Positions 12,200 through 25,158 of a DNA stretch of 64,000 nucleotides are shown piece by piece; within the stretch, counting starts at the first letter, position 1, and every line of letters begins with the position of its first letter. The position numbers and the translations under genes are program-made. Source of the DNA: Microthyrium microscopicum (lineage: Eukaryota); contig MU004233.1 of NCBI GenBank assembly GCA_010405405.1, forward strand, positions 757,122-821,121, in the 5' to 3' direction. Below the pieces are notes generated by a model that worked only from the letters and a program-made list of their open reading frames with translations, had not been told where the DNA came from and searched no databases.

Positions 12200-15100
12200 T
12201 CAAAGAGGCATTCTGCCTAGTCCTCGTTGCTTGACAGCCTCCTGGACCATCACACCCACGGTGTCAAGCGCGGAGTTCCAACGTTCCACTGCGTCCTGTT
12301 TCTCGTCAAGTTCTTCCTCAATGACCCATTTGAGCCATTTGAAGCAAGCTAAGCTCTTACTCATATCGTGTTCCTCATTCACTACCCGAGTCAGATACTT
12401 CCCCAGCGCCTCAGTATCTTCAGGATATGGCCCGTCGTCCCGAAACTCATCTACCCACTGAGAGACCGCTCGACGCAGTTTCGGCAAAGTAGAAAGCTTC
12501 TCTTTCGTGAAGCTCGGTCTAGGTTGTCGTTGCGGTAGATGAAGGTACTCCTTTGGCCGTCGTACTCGAGCTTTTTCTTTGGCATCTTTCTCCTCTTTCT
12601 CCTTGACATTTTTATCATGTATTCGATGCACCCGATTCCCCAGGATGACCTGGTTTTGAAACTCGGGCGGAAGAGCAGCTAGATATTCCGGATCTATGCC
12701 TACCAGATCAGGGTTGATGAGAGGCTTTGTGACTGCTTTTTTGGCTACTTCTTCACCCTTTCTTGGTCGGCCTCGACCTCGCTTCACGGGGGCATTAGAC
12801 TTGTCACTATTCTCGCTCATGATATCTGGAGTTGTCTTACGAAAATGGTTGGTAATGAAGTTGTGTTGAGTGAGTGTAGCCGCTTTCGCGGTCTTTCCCT
12901 TTACAACAGAATCTTTAGGAGCAAATATCGACGGTATCTTAATCGGCTTTGGAGGAGCGTTGTTCACTGATGGCTGCTGTGTCTTGCCAAAGCCAGGTGT
13001 GAGCTTGTAGAACGCCATGATCTCTTGTTGCATATCTGGTGGGAGAGCATTGAAAGTTCCAGGATCAATCTGTGATTGGGCTGGTAAAGCAGTCAGAACA
13101 GCTGGTAAACCATCGTCTCTCTGAGGCGGCGGAGTTTTGATCTTTGATTTGCCTTTTTTGCTTGCAGCCAATAGCTTGGAGCGGATATCACTAGGAAGCT
13201 CCCTGAGAACTTGCGAGTCTACCTGGGTTGGCAGTAGAAATTGAGTGCCCATCGTGTTGAGCGGCTTTTTGCTTGGAGTATTCTGATTTAGCTCTGGTGC
13301 TCCAAAAAGCACCCGTTCAGGAGAAAGCTTTTGCTTTTTGGGTGTCACAGCGTCCTCTATCGGATCATCTGTGATGTCATCGCGCTTTCGTGTTATCTTC
13401 GCCTGGACCAATCGCTCTTGATTAGGTTTGAATTGAAGAACTCGCTGACTTCCATCACCGAGGGCATGGATTCCTGATTTAGCAGATTCCAGTTTAGTCA
13501 TTTGAATACCAATTCCTCGAAGTTCGCCTGGAGAGAACCCAAATGACTTGAGAAGAGAAAGAATTTCCTTCAACATGATTTCCTTGGAGTTTGTCGCCAC
13601 TCCAAGTTGTATGGCCTTGCTGAATGTGTCGCATTTTCCATGACCAAGATGTTTTGGGGGATCCAATGGAGCAGTAGCAGCCCGTCTCATGATCTTGAGA
13701 GTCAACTGCTTCCCTCTGACACCCTCTTTCAGAAGCCGACGTTGGACTTCTCCGCACAGATTTTCAAAGAATTCGTCGACTTGCTGCTGGTTCTCAAATC
13801 GGACACCCCAGTTGACTTCGGCAGAAACGGATTTCCGAAGCTCAATATCTCCGACTTCTTTTCGGTCTATGCCGCGGGCATATTCCCAGAGTTTTTCTCC
13901 GGTCTTTGGCCCAAGAGTATTCATGAGTCTTTCTTTAGAAGTTTCGCGAACATCTTTGATTAGCTTGATACCAAGTTCTTCCAATTTGCCTCCAGTGCTC
14001 CAGGCAACTCCAGGAAGATTTTGAACTTCCAAACCACCAATAAAGCCAAGTACGTCCTCAGGCATGAGGTGATACAGACCGGCTGGTTTTGCTTTTCGTA
14101 GAGCAAGCTTTGCTTGAAGAATATTCCCCCCAATACCGACAGAGACATCAAATCCAGTCTTTGCTTTGATATCATCTCGCACCTTCTGGCCTATGGAAGA
14201 CGCGGTGGTTTGTTCCCGATCAACTGTCCCTTCAGATCGTGTTTTCCCATCCGAGGCTGCAGCAGAGAAACAGAGGGTGGAAACATCCACCAGTGCTTCA
14301 TCAATGCTGACACTTTGAACAATACCTCCTGTTGCAATCACAATTTCGTAAAATGCTCGACTCGCTTCTTCATAGGCCGGAAAGTCATATGACAATATCT
14401 GAAGAGTTGGACAGAGATCAAGAGCCTTCTTCATCCACATGCCGTTCTTCACGCCATATCCTCTTGCAACGTAGTTGCAACTGGCAATTTCAGAGCCAGT
14501 TCCATTGCCATGAGCGACTACCACAGGTTTGTCTTTGAGGTCTGGTCGCTTTTTCAACGACACTGCTGCAAAGAAACAATCAAAATCGACATGAAGAATG
14601 TACCTTCGACTACCGGGAGGTCTAGTTTGCTTGGCATTTTGAGAGCTGGTTTTCTTGTCAGCCCAAGCTTGCATTTCCGACTTCAAATCCGATTTCCAGG
14701 TTGATAGGTGGTGCAGACGAGACTCTCGGTAGTATTGTTCTAGGAAACCAGGATTTACCACAGTTGATTTGCGAATTTGTGGATCTGCAAGAAGTAGTGC
14801 ATTATGTTGCTCAGCAGTAAGTTTTGCTCGTTTCGGCGATATCGCTTCTCCTTCTTCTTGTTCTGCCTTGCGTTTTGGGTTGGGTATTTCCTTTGCTGGA
14901 ACTGGCGTTTGTTCTTTTGGCTGTATTTGACTGGCCACTTCATCTAGCTCATCATTATTCTCAGACTTCTCCATATTTTCGAAGCTGCAATCATAGAGGT
15001 CGTCGAAGTCATCGTAGATTTGGTCCGTTGTATAGCGACTCCGCTTTACACTCTGTCTTTGTTCTTCTAGCGCCGGGATATTGGAAGGTGTCAATGGAGT

Positions 15101-15856
15101 ACTCGGACTGCGATGGCTTTTCTTTGTGTTATCGACCTCAGGATAGTCGAAAATATCATCGTCTGTCGAAAAGGGCGAAGACGTCTCAACTCCAACAAAT
15201 TTTCGTTCACTCGAGGTTCTGCTCGTCTGATTTGGATTGAGATTGTTGATATACCACCCGGCTTCAGTCTGTTCGCCATAGCCTTTCTTCCTTGCGCTTT
15301 CTTGATTCACTATCTTTCCAGCTTCAAATCCCAGGACTTTTTGCGCAGGGCCTGCATCGATAACCCGATACGAATTCCAAGGTAGCAGTCGGCCAGCTTT
15401 TACGCTGTCAACGATCCAAGCCGGCTTCACAATCCGATATTTCTCGAATTCGGCGGCTTTTTTGGGCGTCAAATTGCTCGCAATGACATGCGTGACCATG
15501 GTCTTGCCATCAAGGTATTGCAGAAAGCCTCCTCCATGGCTAACAACCAATTTGTGCAAGTCGTTTAGAGAAGGTTGCGTGTAACCATTTATATGGATCA
15601 CAGTTCCACGGAATATCTTTGGTTTGTGTGACGTCTCTCGAAGCTCAGCGTCCAGATTCTGTAGTTTGATCTTTTTCCGGCGGAAGTAGTCGGGAAAGCC
15701 TCCAAACTCAGATCCTTCATATTCTTCACCACCTTCGTCATCGAATTTGTCTTTAAAAAATAGTCAGTATGACAAGATCTTCCGAAGTCGACGTTGCCTA
15801 CGTTTTTGGATGCGCTTCTTCACGGCGCTCGAATTCTTCTCCGCCAACGACCCCAT
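12200..15856 (-). CDS. REV1: DNA repair protein REV1 (Y-family deoxycytidyl transferase)
   Basis: N-terminal FGGFPDYFRRKKIKLQ, BRCT domain (IHINGYTQP...IVKPAWIVDS), SRLHHLSTWK N-digit, HVDFDCFF, IASCNY, SIDEA, RKSVSAEVNWGVRF, LGHGKCD, UBM-like LPSDI/LPPDM/LPPEF; intron 15751-15801. Confidence 0.95.
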
Positions 15857-16028
15857 GATCACATTGTAGAAAATACGACACTATCTCAGTCGTAAGTTCC
15901 GCTCAAATATTCTCCGGGATCTGCGCATATTTCTATCACAGAAATATGTTTAGGAGAGAGTAGCGACGCGGTGGCAAGACATGAAGTCGAGGTCGCGAAG
16001 GAAAGGTGACCACATGCAAACACGCTAG

Positions 16029-16036
16029 CACGTGAC
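16029..16036. promoter_or_regulatory. CACGTGAC E-box (Cbf1/bHLH-type) in the short divergent REV1 / hydrolase promoter
   Basis: Exact GTCACGTG on the minus strand within a ~350-bp head-to-head intergenic region; function not shown. Confidence 0.3.
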
Positions 16037-16207
16037 GTTATCGTGGAAAGATCTTATCAGACTTTGATCTCTAAATTACGTCACCTCTCGCGACTTCCTA
16101 GCTCGGAGAAGTTTTGGTTGTCGCCGGATCATGGGCATGCATTTTGCAAAGGCGCTTCGTGTAGCAGAAAGCAGCTCAGAGGATCTACTACTGTCGATAG
16201 CGTTAGC

Positions 16208-17397
16208 ATGAATGGGCACTCAAATGGAACCAGTGGTGGCTTTTTGAGCTTCAATTCTCAAGCTCCTCGACTTTTCATAACGGCGGAAGACGAAGAGTTT
16301 GATCTAGAGACTATACAACATTGGAAAGATGAAGGTATGAAATTAGAGCAGATCATTCGAAAAACCAGCTAAGTAGAACTTCTCTGTAGGGTATGAAGTT
16401 AGTTACCATCCAATGGGCGAAGGAGGCAAAGTATATGCGCAAGAAGTTAAATCGTGGTCCACGAGCATGAGTAAGTCGACACCAATATTACATACCGCAA
16501 GCTAACTCCTACTTAGAGCTTGGTCAGCATTTCGGGATAATTGCATATGGTGACGCCGCAGTGTGTTGCCTCGACATAGCTACGAAGCCAATTCCTCACT
16601 GCACAGCGTTGATTTGCTACTATCCAACAAGCATTCCACATCCAAACCAAAAGTATCCCACAAACTTGAATCTCGTGGTACATCTCGCCGAAAGCCAAGG
16701 TCTTGCCGCAACATTTCCAACCTATGTCTATCCTGAGGTACAGGATGGCTTTGCTGAACATGACCTGGATATGTTTGATGCCATTGCCGCAGATCTCACA
16801 TGGACCAGAAGTTTAACCGCTATCCGGAAAGGCCTTGGTCAGGATGCAGATCTGGAGAATGTCAAGGACTCTTTCACTACCCTTTCCATAACTGAGAAGA
16901 ACGCAACGGCAGCAGTGGCGTTGATGTCAGAGAAAGCGCATGTTAACTACGCTCCAACAGGTACTGGTGGTATTGGGCGAAGAGCGCTATTTCATTTTTA
17001 CAAAGACTTCTTTATACCTGGGAGCCCTCCGACCCTGAAATGGAAACTTATTTCACGGACAACTGGAGTAGACCGGGTTGTCGATGAGATGGTTGTCTCA
17101 TTCAAGCATACACAGGAAGTGCCATGGATCCTGCCCGGCGTTCCTCCAACCAACAGATTTGTACAAGTCCCAGTTGTCAGCATCGTAGCGATTCGAGGAG
17201 ATAGATTGATTTCAGAGCATGTGTACTGGGACCAGGCAAGTGTGTTGGTACAGATAGGTGCACTTGATCCGAAATTTGTACCAAAGCAACTAGCTTCGAA
17301 AGGCTGCAAAAAGCTACCTATGATGGGTGCGGATGAAGCCAAGAAAGTTCTTAACGTTAGTAGCGTTCCTAGCAACCTTATGATTGATAAATGGTAG
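16208..17397 (+). CDS. Dienelactone hydrolase-like protein with C-terminal SnoaL/NTF2-like domain
   Basis: Exons about 16208-16334, 16391-16470 and 16517-17397; motifs GFAEHDLD, AADLTWTRSL, PTGTGGIG, LISRTTGVDRVVDEM, HTQEVPWILPGVPPT, EHVYWDQASVLVQIG. Confidence 0.85.
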
Positions 17398-17622
17398 GAG
17401 GAGTTCCAACAATATGTCTATTAGCGAGTTCTGCTTGTTGCTGCATCAATTGGGCGTCCAGCTTTCCAATTTCAATGCCATCCGTTGCTGTTTCTGCCTT
17501 GGGGGATATTAGGCTCAGCACAATAAGAAAGAGGAATAATTGTAGTGTTTTCAATTCGATGGCAGTCATAGCATTTTATATTACGACCGTAGAAGGCGAG
17601 TGGCAAAGAAAGACAAAGTCTT

Positions 17623-18507
17623 CTATGCCTTGAATTTGGCAAGAATATAGCAAGCCGCCGCTCTTGTGTAGGTTCCATCCTTACTGGGTCAAGTCAATAA
17701 AAGCCGACGTTTCGATATGGTGTAACTTACTTGTATCCTAGATGCCCTCCTGAACCAAGACCAGAAGTCTGTATAGATGCATATTTTGCGCAATCTGGAG
17801 CAGCTTCGATCATGGCTGGCGCCCTCTTCACCTTTCTTTCCTCGACTTCAGCCTCGACCATTTCACCTGAAGGAGCTCCTTTGCCCTTTCCTCTACCTTT
17901 ACCGCCCTTGGCAGCTCCCGCAGAACCGGAGCCTCTCTTGTCGCAGACGCTATCGCCGGTATTGCAGTATGAGACGCATCGATCGGCGACTGAAGCAGGG
18001 CATTCTGGAGCACCGAACATGGTTACTGCCACGACCTTCTTGAGGACATCGGCTGGAAGCTTAGGAATGGACCCTGTTGTCACGAAACCTCCTTGCGAAT
18101 GCCCACCGATGGCAAATTTCATGCTTGGGCATGCTTTGCTCTTCTCTGTAAGCTCCTTGACCATGTTGGCGACGCCTTGCGAAGATGAATCGCCCACGAA
18201 CGAGGCCGGGTAATGAACTGGATAGCCGGTGGCGCCTGGGATCAAGGCGGTGACGTTGGTAAGGAGAGACATTCCGGCGGCGCCATAGCCTTTTGACCAA
18301 GTGCGGGCTGCAGCGGTGTCAAAGGCGCCTTCAGAATAACTTGCAGGTGGCTCTGTGGTAGCACGAGCTTGAGAATCGAATATTAGCAAAGGACCTAGGG
18401 TTTGACTATAATTTCTTACCGTATACCAGGTGCAGAGGAGAACATCCAGCAGCCTGGGCCACTGCGCCAGATGCAAAAAGAACAGAAGTTGCTATTTCTG
18501 AACGCAT
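17623..18507 (-). CDS. Cutinase / CE5 esterase, secreted, with long loop insertion
   Basis: Signal MRSEIATSVLFASGAVAQ, C..LHLVYARATTE, VHYPAS, KACP, GGHSQGG (nucleophile Ser), AVTMFGAP, YCNTGDSVC (Asp), GHLGY (His); 3 exons, last reads KDGTYTRAAACYILAKFKA*. Confidence 0.88.
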
Positions 18508-19314
18508 GATGTTGTGATATTCGAGAAGGACCGACTAGAAACGAATGTATACTTGAAAGGCTTCAAATGGGTGAATAGCTTTTCAGTGACTTTATACAGT
18601 AGTGAACTTTACATGTCCTATCCTATGGGAGTAGATGCCGTAAAGCCCTTTTATCTTAACTGTGATAGAGGGCTAAGTAGTGCCAATAACGCTGACAGTC
18701 AAGGGACAGTTCTTGCGAACCATAGTATTTTGCATCTGACCCACGGTCCGAATATGGGGTATCATGCGAATAGCTATTAACTAGAGATAGGTCAACCCAA
18801 AATCGTAATTGACTCGAAATAACGTTGGAATCTTAGATCTCAGATTGGCCAATCAAAGTGGTGATATATTGTCCATGCTTCAAAGTATCCTGGAGGTTAC
18901 CCTGTAACAACGCAGTCATTAATCTTCTGATCTACTCATCCCGGGTTGGTTCTTGATTGACAAGACGGATTCTAAAGATCGGTAGTCGGTAGATATTTCA
19001 TCTGCGCTGCCGACATTGTCTCTGGTCTTTGTTCAAAGTGTACACATCTCCGTGTAGTACGATACGCAAATGGTGTTCACTGAGTATCTATACGATATTT
19101 TGGGTGGCTATAGGACCATCGCACTTTAAATGATACGCACCAAAGCTTTACTTAATCGTCGGCCTGCTAAGAGGCTCACTGGTAGGATAGTAGCCAAGGT
19201 ATGAAGGTACACCAATGGTTTATATGCTGCGGTTACAATATTGGGGGAGTAATTCTTGAATGTTGGGTATATCATGTTTGTTGATTGATTGAGTGACTTC
19301 GGTTACAATTGGTT

Positions 19315-21075
19315 TTAAGCAGATTTCAGTCCGTGAGCTTCTGGATTTAACCAGTGAAGAACTACATCATGCAAGACTTCATCCGCTCCTTTCCGCGCTG
19401 CTGGTTGATGGCTTGAGTGGCATTCAATGTAGATTTTGATCTTTGGTTCAGTGCCTGAAGCTCGAGTTGTCAATCTTGTGCCACCTTCTAGTTCGCAAGT
19501 AATCATCTGGCTTGTTTCATCAGTCGGTAGAGTAGGTTTGTGGTCCGGAGTCGAAGAGTCCCAGCCGAGGGTGAGATCTCGCCACTTCAAGACCTTTCTG
19601 GGACCGAGAGTTTGCGGGAATGGTTTGCCAAATTTTCTGATGTTGTCAAAGACTTCCTTTGTCACCGTTGGACTGGGACTGATGTAGTATGTATTTGACT
19701 CCTCAAAATACCCATACCGCTTATACAGGGCTTGTAGTTTGTGCCAAGGTGTGGTCTGCTTTTGATTTTGCCAGTAAACTACAGCGTGGAGAAAAGTCAT
19801 GGCGGCTGCGACACCGTCTTTGTCTTTGACAACTCCTGGTATCATGTAGCCGATGGATTCCTCAAATGCATATCGAGTGTCGTAGCCTTCCGCGTCAAGC
19901 TCCAAGGCTTTGTTCCCCATCCATTTGAAACCAGTTAAAGTCTCGTCAAAATGGAACCCTTCTTTTTCAGCCATGATTGCAAGCATCCTCGACGAGACGG
20001 TGGATGCGATCATAGCAAGTTTTTTCTTGTCACCTGTGTAAGTGGTGATGATAAAGGCTGCAAGTAATATCCCAAGCTGATTACCACTGAACTGGTGCCA
20101 TTGTCCGTCGACCTTTTCTGCTACTGCTAGCCGATCGGCGTCTGGATCAGTTGCTAGTATGAGAGAGGCACCGTGTCTATCAGCCGACCAGATAGACACA
20201 TCTAGAGCTCCTTTCTCTTCAGGGTTTGGGAAGGGTAATCCAGGAAAATTGGGATCAGGGTGAGCTTGTTCCTGTACCACTTTGTAGCTTTTCTCGAGCC
20301 CGATAGCATTCACAGCTTCGGTCATGTATCGTAGGCCAACACCATGCATTGCAGTGTATGCAAAATCCACGTGGTTCTGAGGGTGTTTCGAAACGAAGCT
20401 GTATGTATCTGCTGCCATGTTGACAGCAGTCTTGTATTTCTCCATAATTGGAGCTAGGCAGCCTTCAACTAGGAGGCTTTCCTCATGCAAATGTTTGTCC
20501 CAAGATAGTGGTTCCAAATTTTGCAAGATAGACTGTGCTATACCGTGATCATGAGGGGGTATAATCTGGCAGCCGTTTCCCCAGTACACTTTGTATCCAT
20601 TATCATTGGGCGGGTTATGGCTGGCAGTAATCATGACTCCAGCTGAAGCTCCAAATTGGCGAACACCGAATGGTACCAGCGGTGTATGTACCGGGACCTC
20701 ATACCACCAAACCTTGAAGTTCTTGGTAACAAAGGCGGCAGCAGTCAACTTGGCGAACTTTTTCGAGTTCCTTCGAGCGTCGTATCCAATCACTACGCCA
20801 TGGCGTTTGGCATCGGGTACCTGCTCAATGACGTACTCTGCAAGTCCCTGGGATGCCTGGATAACAGTGAGGCAGTTCATTCGGCTAAAGCCCGCTTCCA
20901 TCTTGGCTCGAAGTCCAGCTGTCCCAAATGCAATACGCGTCCGAAGACGCGCTTCGAGTTCTTCATGGTTCTTTTCAAAGAGGAGTTGCTCAATCTCTTG
21001 CCTAGTATCTGGATCATGGTCAACGCGAAGCCAATCTTTGGCCAAATCCTCAATAGGAGGCTCGGTAGTGGCCAT
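19315..21075 (-). CDS. Phosphoglucomutase-2 / phosphopentomutase (alpha-D-phosphohexomutase family)
   Basis: FGTAGLR, ITASHNP (phosphoserine), TDPDADR (metal binding), TGFKW, FEESIG, DKDGV, RASGTEPKIK; intronless, 586 aa. Confidence 0.93.
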   Translation of the reverse strand: MATTEPPIEDLAKDWLRVDHDPDTRQEIEQLLFEKNHEELEARLRTRIAFGTAGLRAKMEAGFSRMNCLTVIQASQGLAEYVIEQVPDAKRHGVVIGYDARRNSKKFAKLTAAAFVTKNFKVWWYEVPVHTPLVPFGVRQFGASAGVMITASHNPPNDNGYKVYWGNGCQIIPPHDHGIAQSILQNLEPLSWDKHLHEESLLVEGCLAPIMEKYKTAVNMAADTYSFVSKHPQNHVDFAYTAMHGVGLRYMTEAVNAIGLEKSYKVVQEQAHPDPNFPGLPFPNPEEKGALDVSIWSADRHGASLILATDPDADRLAVAEKVDGQWHQFSGNQLGILLAAFIITTYTGDKKKLAMIASTVSSRMLAIMAEKEGFHFDETLTGFKWMGNKALELDAEGYDTRYAFEESIGYMIPGVVKDKDGVAAAMTFLHAVVYWQNQKQTTPWHKLQALYKRYGYFEESNTYYISPSPTVTKEVFDNIRKFGKPFPQTLGPRKVLKWRDLTLGWDSSTPDHKPTLPTDETSQMITCELEGGTRLTTRASGTEPKIKIYIECHSSHQPAARKGADEVLHDVVLHWLNPEAHGLKSA

Positions 21076-22722
21076 TTTTTTGATTTGCGACGGCGGTTAG
21101 GTGCTTCAAGCAGGGAATGAAAAAGGCTATCCTAGATGAGTTCAGCGATAAGCTGCACAGGATTTGCCAGTCCAAGGCAATTCTTATACTGTGACTCAAT
21201 GCATTTGATGGTTTTCGTCATTCAATCATGAGCAGTGACCTTGCAGATTACTAATGGGCTTGATATATCAGTCAGACACCTGATAGCTACAGTAGAACAG
21301 GATGAGCTTGTGAGCTGATGAGGAGCGTTGAGTGGTTGGCGATGTGGTGTGATTTCAGGGGCAAGGCCGAATCTTGTCCGACACCCACCCGAGCGTCCCT
21401 GAGATCCGCGAGATCTTTTCTCAACTTCATCCCCTCTCCAACACTTTACTCTGTCAAAGCCTAGAGACAAGAGAACATGTCGCGTCTGAGCAGTTCCGCG
21501 CTTTCAGCATATTTACCTTGCTGTATTCCTGCTTGTGGGATACTTCGAAGAATGCTAGTACGCGGTACCCCCTAGCAGACTGCAGACCTCGTTCATTCTG
21601 CTACACACTATATATCGCGGCGTCTCTCCGGTATAAGGTATGATCAAACCCATATTCGACCTTGGCCCAGATAAGCGCGGGTACTACTCGCTTTATCAGA
21701 AAATGGCATTTCAAGACGTCACATTTCGATGTCCAAAAACTGGCTTGCCTTTTCCTGGATATGTTTACACCTCTACGCGAGGAAAGTGAATAGAAACACG
21801 CAATAGCAGGAGGATCAAATGAGCCGCGTTATTCCACCAAACATTCAGCTCCGGACTAGCAGAGGAACATAGCGGCGTTTTCTTAACGTCTGGTGTTTGA
21901 AGCATATCTCACATTTACCCGTTCAACTCGAAACACGATACCAGTACTTGGATAATGGATTAGGGCATTTAACTGTCTAGATGTCGCCAAATTCGCCATG
22001 TGCATGAGAGTTTGGTTTCATCTGTAGGTCTACAAGGCACGTTATTGTGAATATGGAATTTTTTCCCCCTTGGTACCTATTTTCTAGCTGTACCTCACAG
22101 TACCTGGACTACCCTAAATGCTGCTATTTATGGTACCTAAACTTCTGGGTTTTCGAGATTATCCTACTACAGACTCGATCTTTTCAGAGGCTCCATTCAG
22201 ATTGCCAAAGCCAAGTACATAGTTGAAGGGAACATTTCCAGTGGTGGATGACGCAGTTACATTGTGGAGTAGGTAAGTATATTAATTCTTGTCACCGCCA
22301 TACTACTCCACTCCCTGTCCTGGCTCAGATCATCGGTTTTAATATACCCTATTGCATCGAACCCAATTTGTGGATCATTTCATTTTACCCAGTTGGCCTC
22401 AACCTCAACTTCTTTATCTTTGTCCGTTCTTGATCTTGTCCCTCATTTTTACTTGCTTGGTGGTTGAACACGCTGTTACTCTGAATCCAATGGGTCAATA
22501 TATGGTTCTCTCACTCCTTCAATGATTTGAAATATGGGCGCCGAACCCAAATCGCCGCTGTCGACGTCGCCTGTGAGGCTGGCCCGCGGAGGAGCTGTTC
22601 TTCTTGTTGCGTTAGCCGCTCATGGAGTAGTCCGGATAGACGCCTTGACACAACGAATTGCGACCACAACTCGAATAGCAAAGCTCACACCACCGCAATA
22701 TGCTTCTTCCGAGGGGGTCAAA

Positions 22723-24189
22723 ATGTTCAATCGCCTAGTGGTTGCGTTTTTGACCATCTTTGCGATATTCTTCACGCTCGGATACGAGTATCACAAAATA
22801 GTGGAAGATGTCGAGATTCCTATACTAGGGAATGGAGAAGCAGGTGCTTTTGGATACTATCCACCCATCGGAGATCAGTTTCTTCCGGCAGTACCATCAT
22901 ATAATATATGGCCTAGGTATCGACCACGGACTCCTTTACTCATTCCTTTCACACGAAATAATACCATGATACGACAGGCGATCCTGAGCTACGTAGCTGG
23001 AGGATGGCCACGAGCCGACATACTGATTGTCGACAACAGTGGTGTGATGGATTCAAATAGTCGAGGACGGCTCACCAAAGGCAACCCTTTTACCTTGGAT
23101 TACGACCTCTTTCGACGAAGATATGGCGTTTCCATCATACAAACACCAACCCTACTCAACTTTGCTCAAATGCAAAACTTCATGCTACGGATAGCAATAG
23201 AACGCGACTGGCCATATTATTTCTGGTCACATATGGACGTTGCCGTACTCGGAGGCGAGGAATACGAGCCATATAAATCATTCTACCATCGCATCCTTGA
23301 TGTTCTCGACGCCTCGCATATCGACCAGTGGGCCATCGCCGCGCCAAAGCGAGGTCTAGTCATGGGCGGCAAGTTGGGCAGCGTCAGTCCCAGCAACGAT
23401 CGCAAAGCCATATTCGCAGGCCGTTTCGATCGCCGCCAACCGCCAGATGCTGCATACCAAGCGAAGACCAAATCCAAGCGTGAGATCCGGCTGCACCGCA
23501 CGCCAAAATGGGGTGTCAAGTTTTTTCAGTATGATTATCTCAGCTTAGTCAACGTGCAAGCCTGGGTGGAAACTGGACAGTGGGATCCGTTTATTCCATA
23601 CTACAACACAGACTGCGACTTTTACCAGCGCATGGCCTTTGCGGGTTATCCTATCGTGGAAGCCAACGCAGGCCATGTGTTTGACATCGCGGACGTGGTC
23701 CAAGACCCAGAGGAGCGCTTCTTTCCAGCGACAAACCAGCGAAAGCGCAACAAATGGAGCATGAGCACCGAAGGATCCGAGCCGGAAGGCGGAAAGATCA
23801 ACAGCGGACGATACAAGTGGCTGAAAGCCGAACTAGAAGAGATGATGGAGAAAAAGCTCAAGAATGAAGAGGGTCGTAATACATGGCAGACAGGCGGCAT
23901 AGACGAGCGCAAAGAAGGGAAAAATGGCAAGCCAATCCGTGGACGTGTGGAGCAATGGACTTATGAGGCGAAAGGCTTCCAGGCGGCCTGGTGGCAATTG
24001 GCGGATGCCGGACGAGTGATGTATATCAAGAAATGGGGCACAATGGATTGTGATCTCAAAGGTGCGAACAAGACGATGGACGACATGTGGTTGTTGCAGT
24101 ACGCGAAAGAAGGAAGCGAGGTGTATAACGTGCGCCTCAAACAAGAAGAGCACCATATTGCCAAACTCGCGGAACAACCGATCAGATGA
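22723..24189 (+). CDS. Putative type II membrane glycosyltransferase (GT-A-like), uncharacterised fungal family
   Basis: Probable start MFNRLVVAFLTIFAIFFTLGY (TM anchor); ILIVDNSG, WSHMDV and WDPFIPYYNTDCDFYQRM resemble GT2-like motifs; ORF is open from 22534. Confidence 0.6.
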   Translation: MFNRLVVAFLTIFAIFFTLGYEYHKIVEDVEIPILGNGEAGAFGYYPPIGDQFLPAVPSYNIWPRYRPRTPLLIPFTRNNTMIRQAILSYVAGGWPRADILIVDNSGVMDSNSRGRLTKGNPFTLDYDLFRRRYGVSIIQTPTLLNFAQMQNFMLRIAIERDWPYYFWSHMDVAVLGGEEYEPYKSFYHRILDVLDASHIDQWAIAAPKRGLVMGGKLGSVSPSNDRKAIFAGRFDRRQPPDAAYQAKTKSKREIRLHRTPKWGVKFFQYDYLSLVNVQAWVETGQWDPFIPYYNTDCDFYQRMAFAGYPIVEANAGHVFDIADVVQDPEERFFPATNQRKRNKWSMSTEGSEPEGGKINSGRYKWLKAELEEMMEKKLKNEEGRNTWQTGGIDERKEGKNGKPIRGRVEQWTYEAKGFQAAWWQLADAGRVMYIKKWGTMDCDLKGANKTMDDMWLLQYAKEGSEVYNVRLKQEEHHIAKLAEQPIR

Positions 24190-25158
24190 TGCTTCCAAAT
24201 CATCGTGACTTGTTCAATAATGATCTCAAGAAGCAGGACTCACAGTCAGCAAGCTCTCTTGCCGCTCAACCACCAGGAGCCATGGAGGGTGCGGATTTAC
24301 AGCACTGCGCCAGATCATAGCCGCATTTGAGCTCACAAGCTGGATATATCGCATCCTAGCCACATATCTCATCCCATGGGTAAGGCGTTCAGGTCTAGCG
24401 ACGGCACTGCCGTTTATCATTTTGTACTAGAACAAGAACGATTTCGGTTCTATATGGCCAAGTGGGCTATAACGAGATATTTGTACACATACTAAAATCA
24501 AACATTTGCAAGCCGCGAAGGCTTCTAGAAACGTTCCCTACCAATGACTCGGATTGTTCCACCCGATCCTGCATGACATTGCTTCTGACGCCTCGGTTGA
24601 ACGGTTTGCCCCACAGATCCACACCATATTTTAGCGGATTTATCTCGAAAGCAGCCCGTGAACTCTTTTCCTTGGCCGTTGACCCTTGACGACTTCTTTA
24701 TTTCAGGTTTTCGTGGTATATCGTGAGGGACGTAACAAGCAGATCAAAACCAGATCTTGTCATCTCTTCTTCACCCCATATCTACCAGTAGTGAAGGAAT
24801 TACAGTAGCTTTCACGCGGTGCTTTTCTGGACGTAGTTAGAAGTAGTCAGTCAGGTTGACGATGAGTTTGCTGCAAGATCTCTGTAGCGTGATACAAGGA
24901 CTTCGATTGCATTGGCGTCACTGGAATAGGGCCAGCCCATATTGGCCAACTAACGACTGTAAAGCTCCTTAAGCCTTACACTACGCAATATTCATGGTCT
25001 CGTAACTTCCGAGCTTCCTTGCCGCTTGTCTTCCCCTCTAAACAGGCCGCATCGTCACTGCACGTTTCACTCCGCCACGACCATTGTAGAGCATATTACC
25101 AGACTATTTGCTCTTGACAACATATTTACTATCCCCATTTATTCCTAGTCTTTCAATA

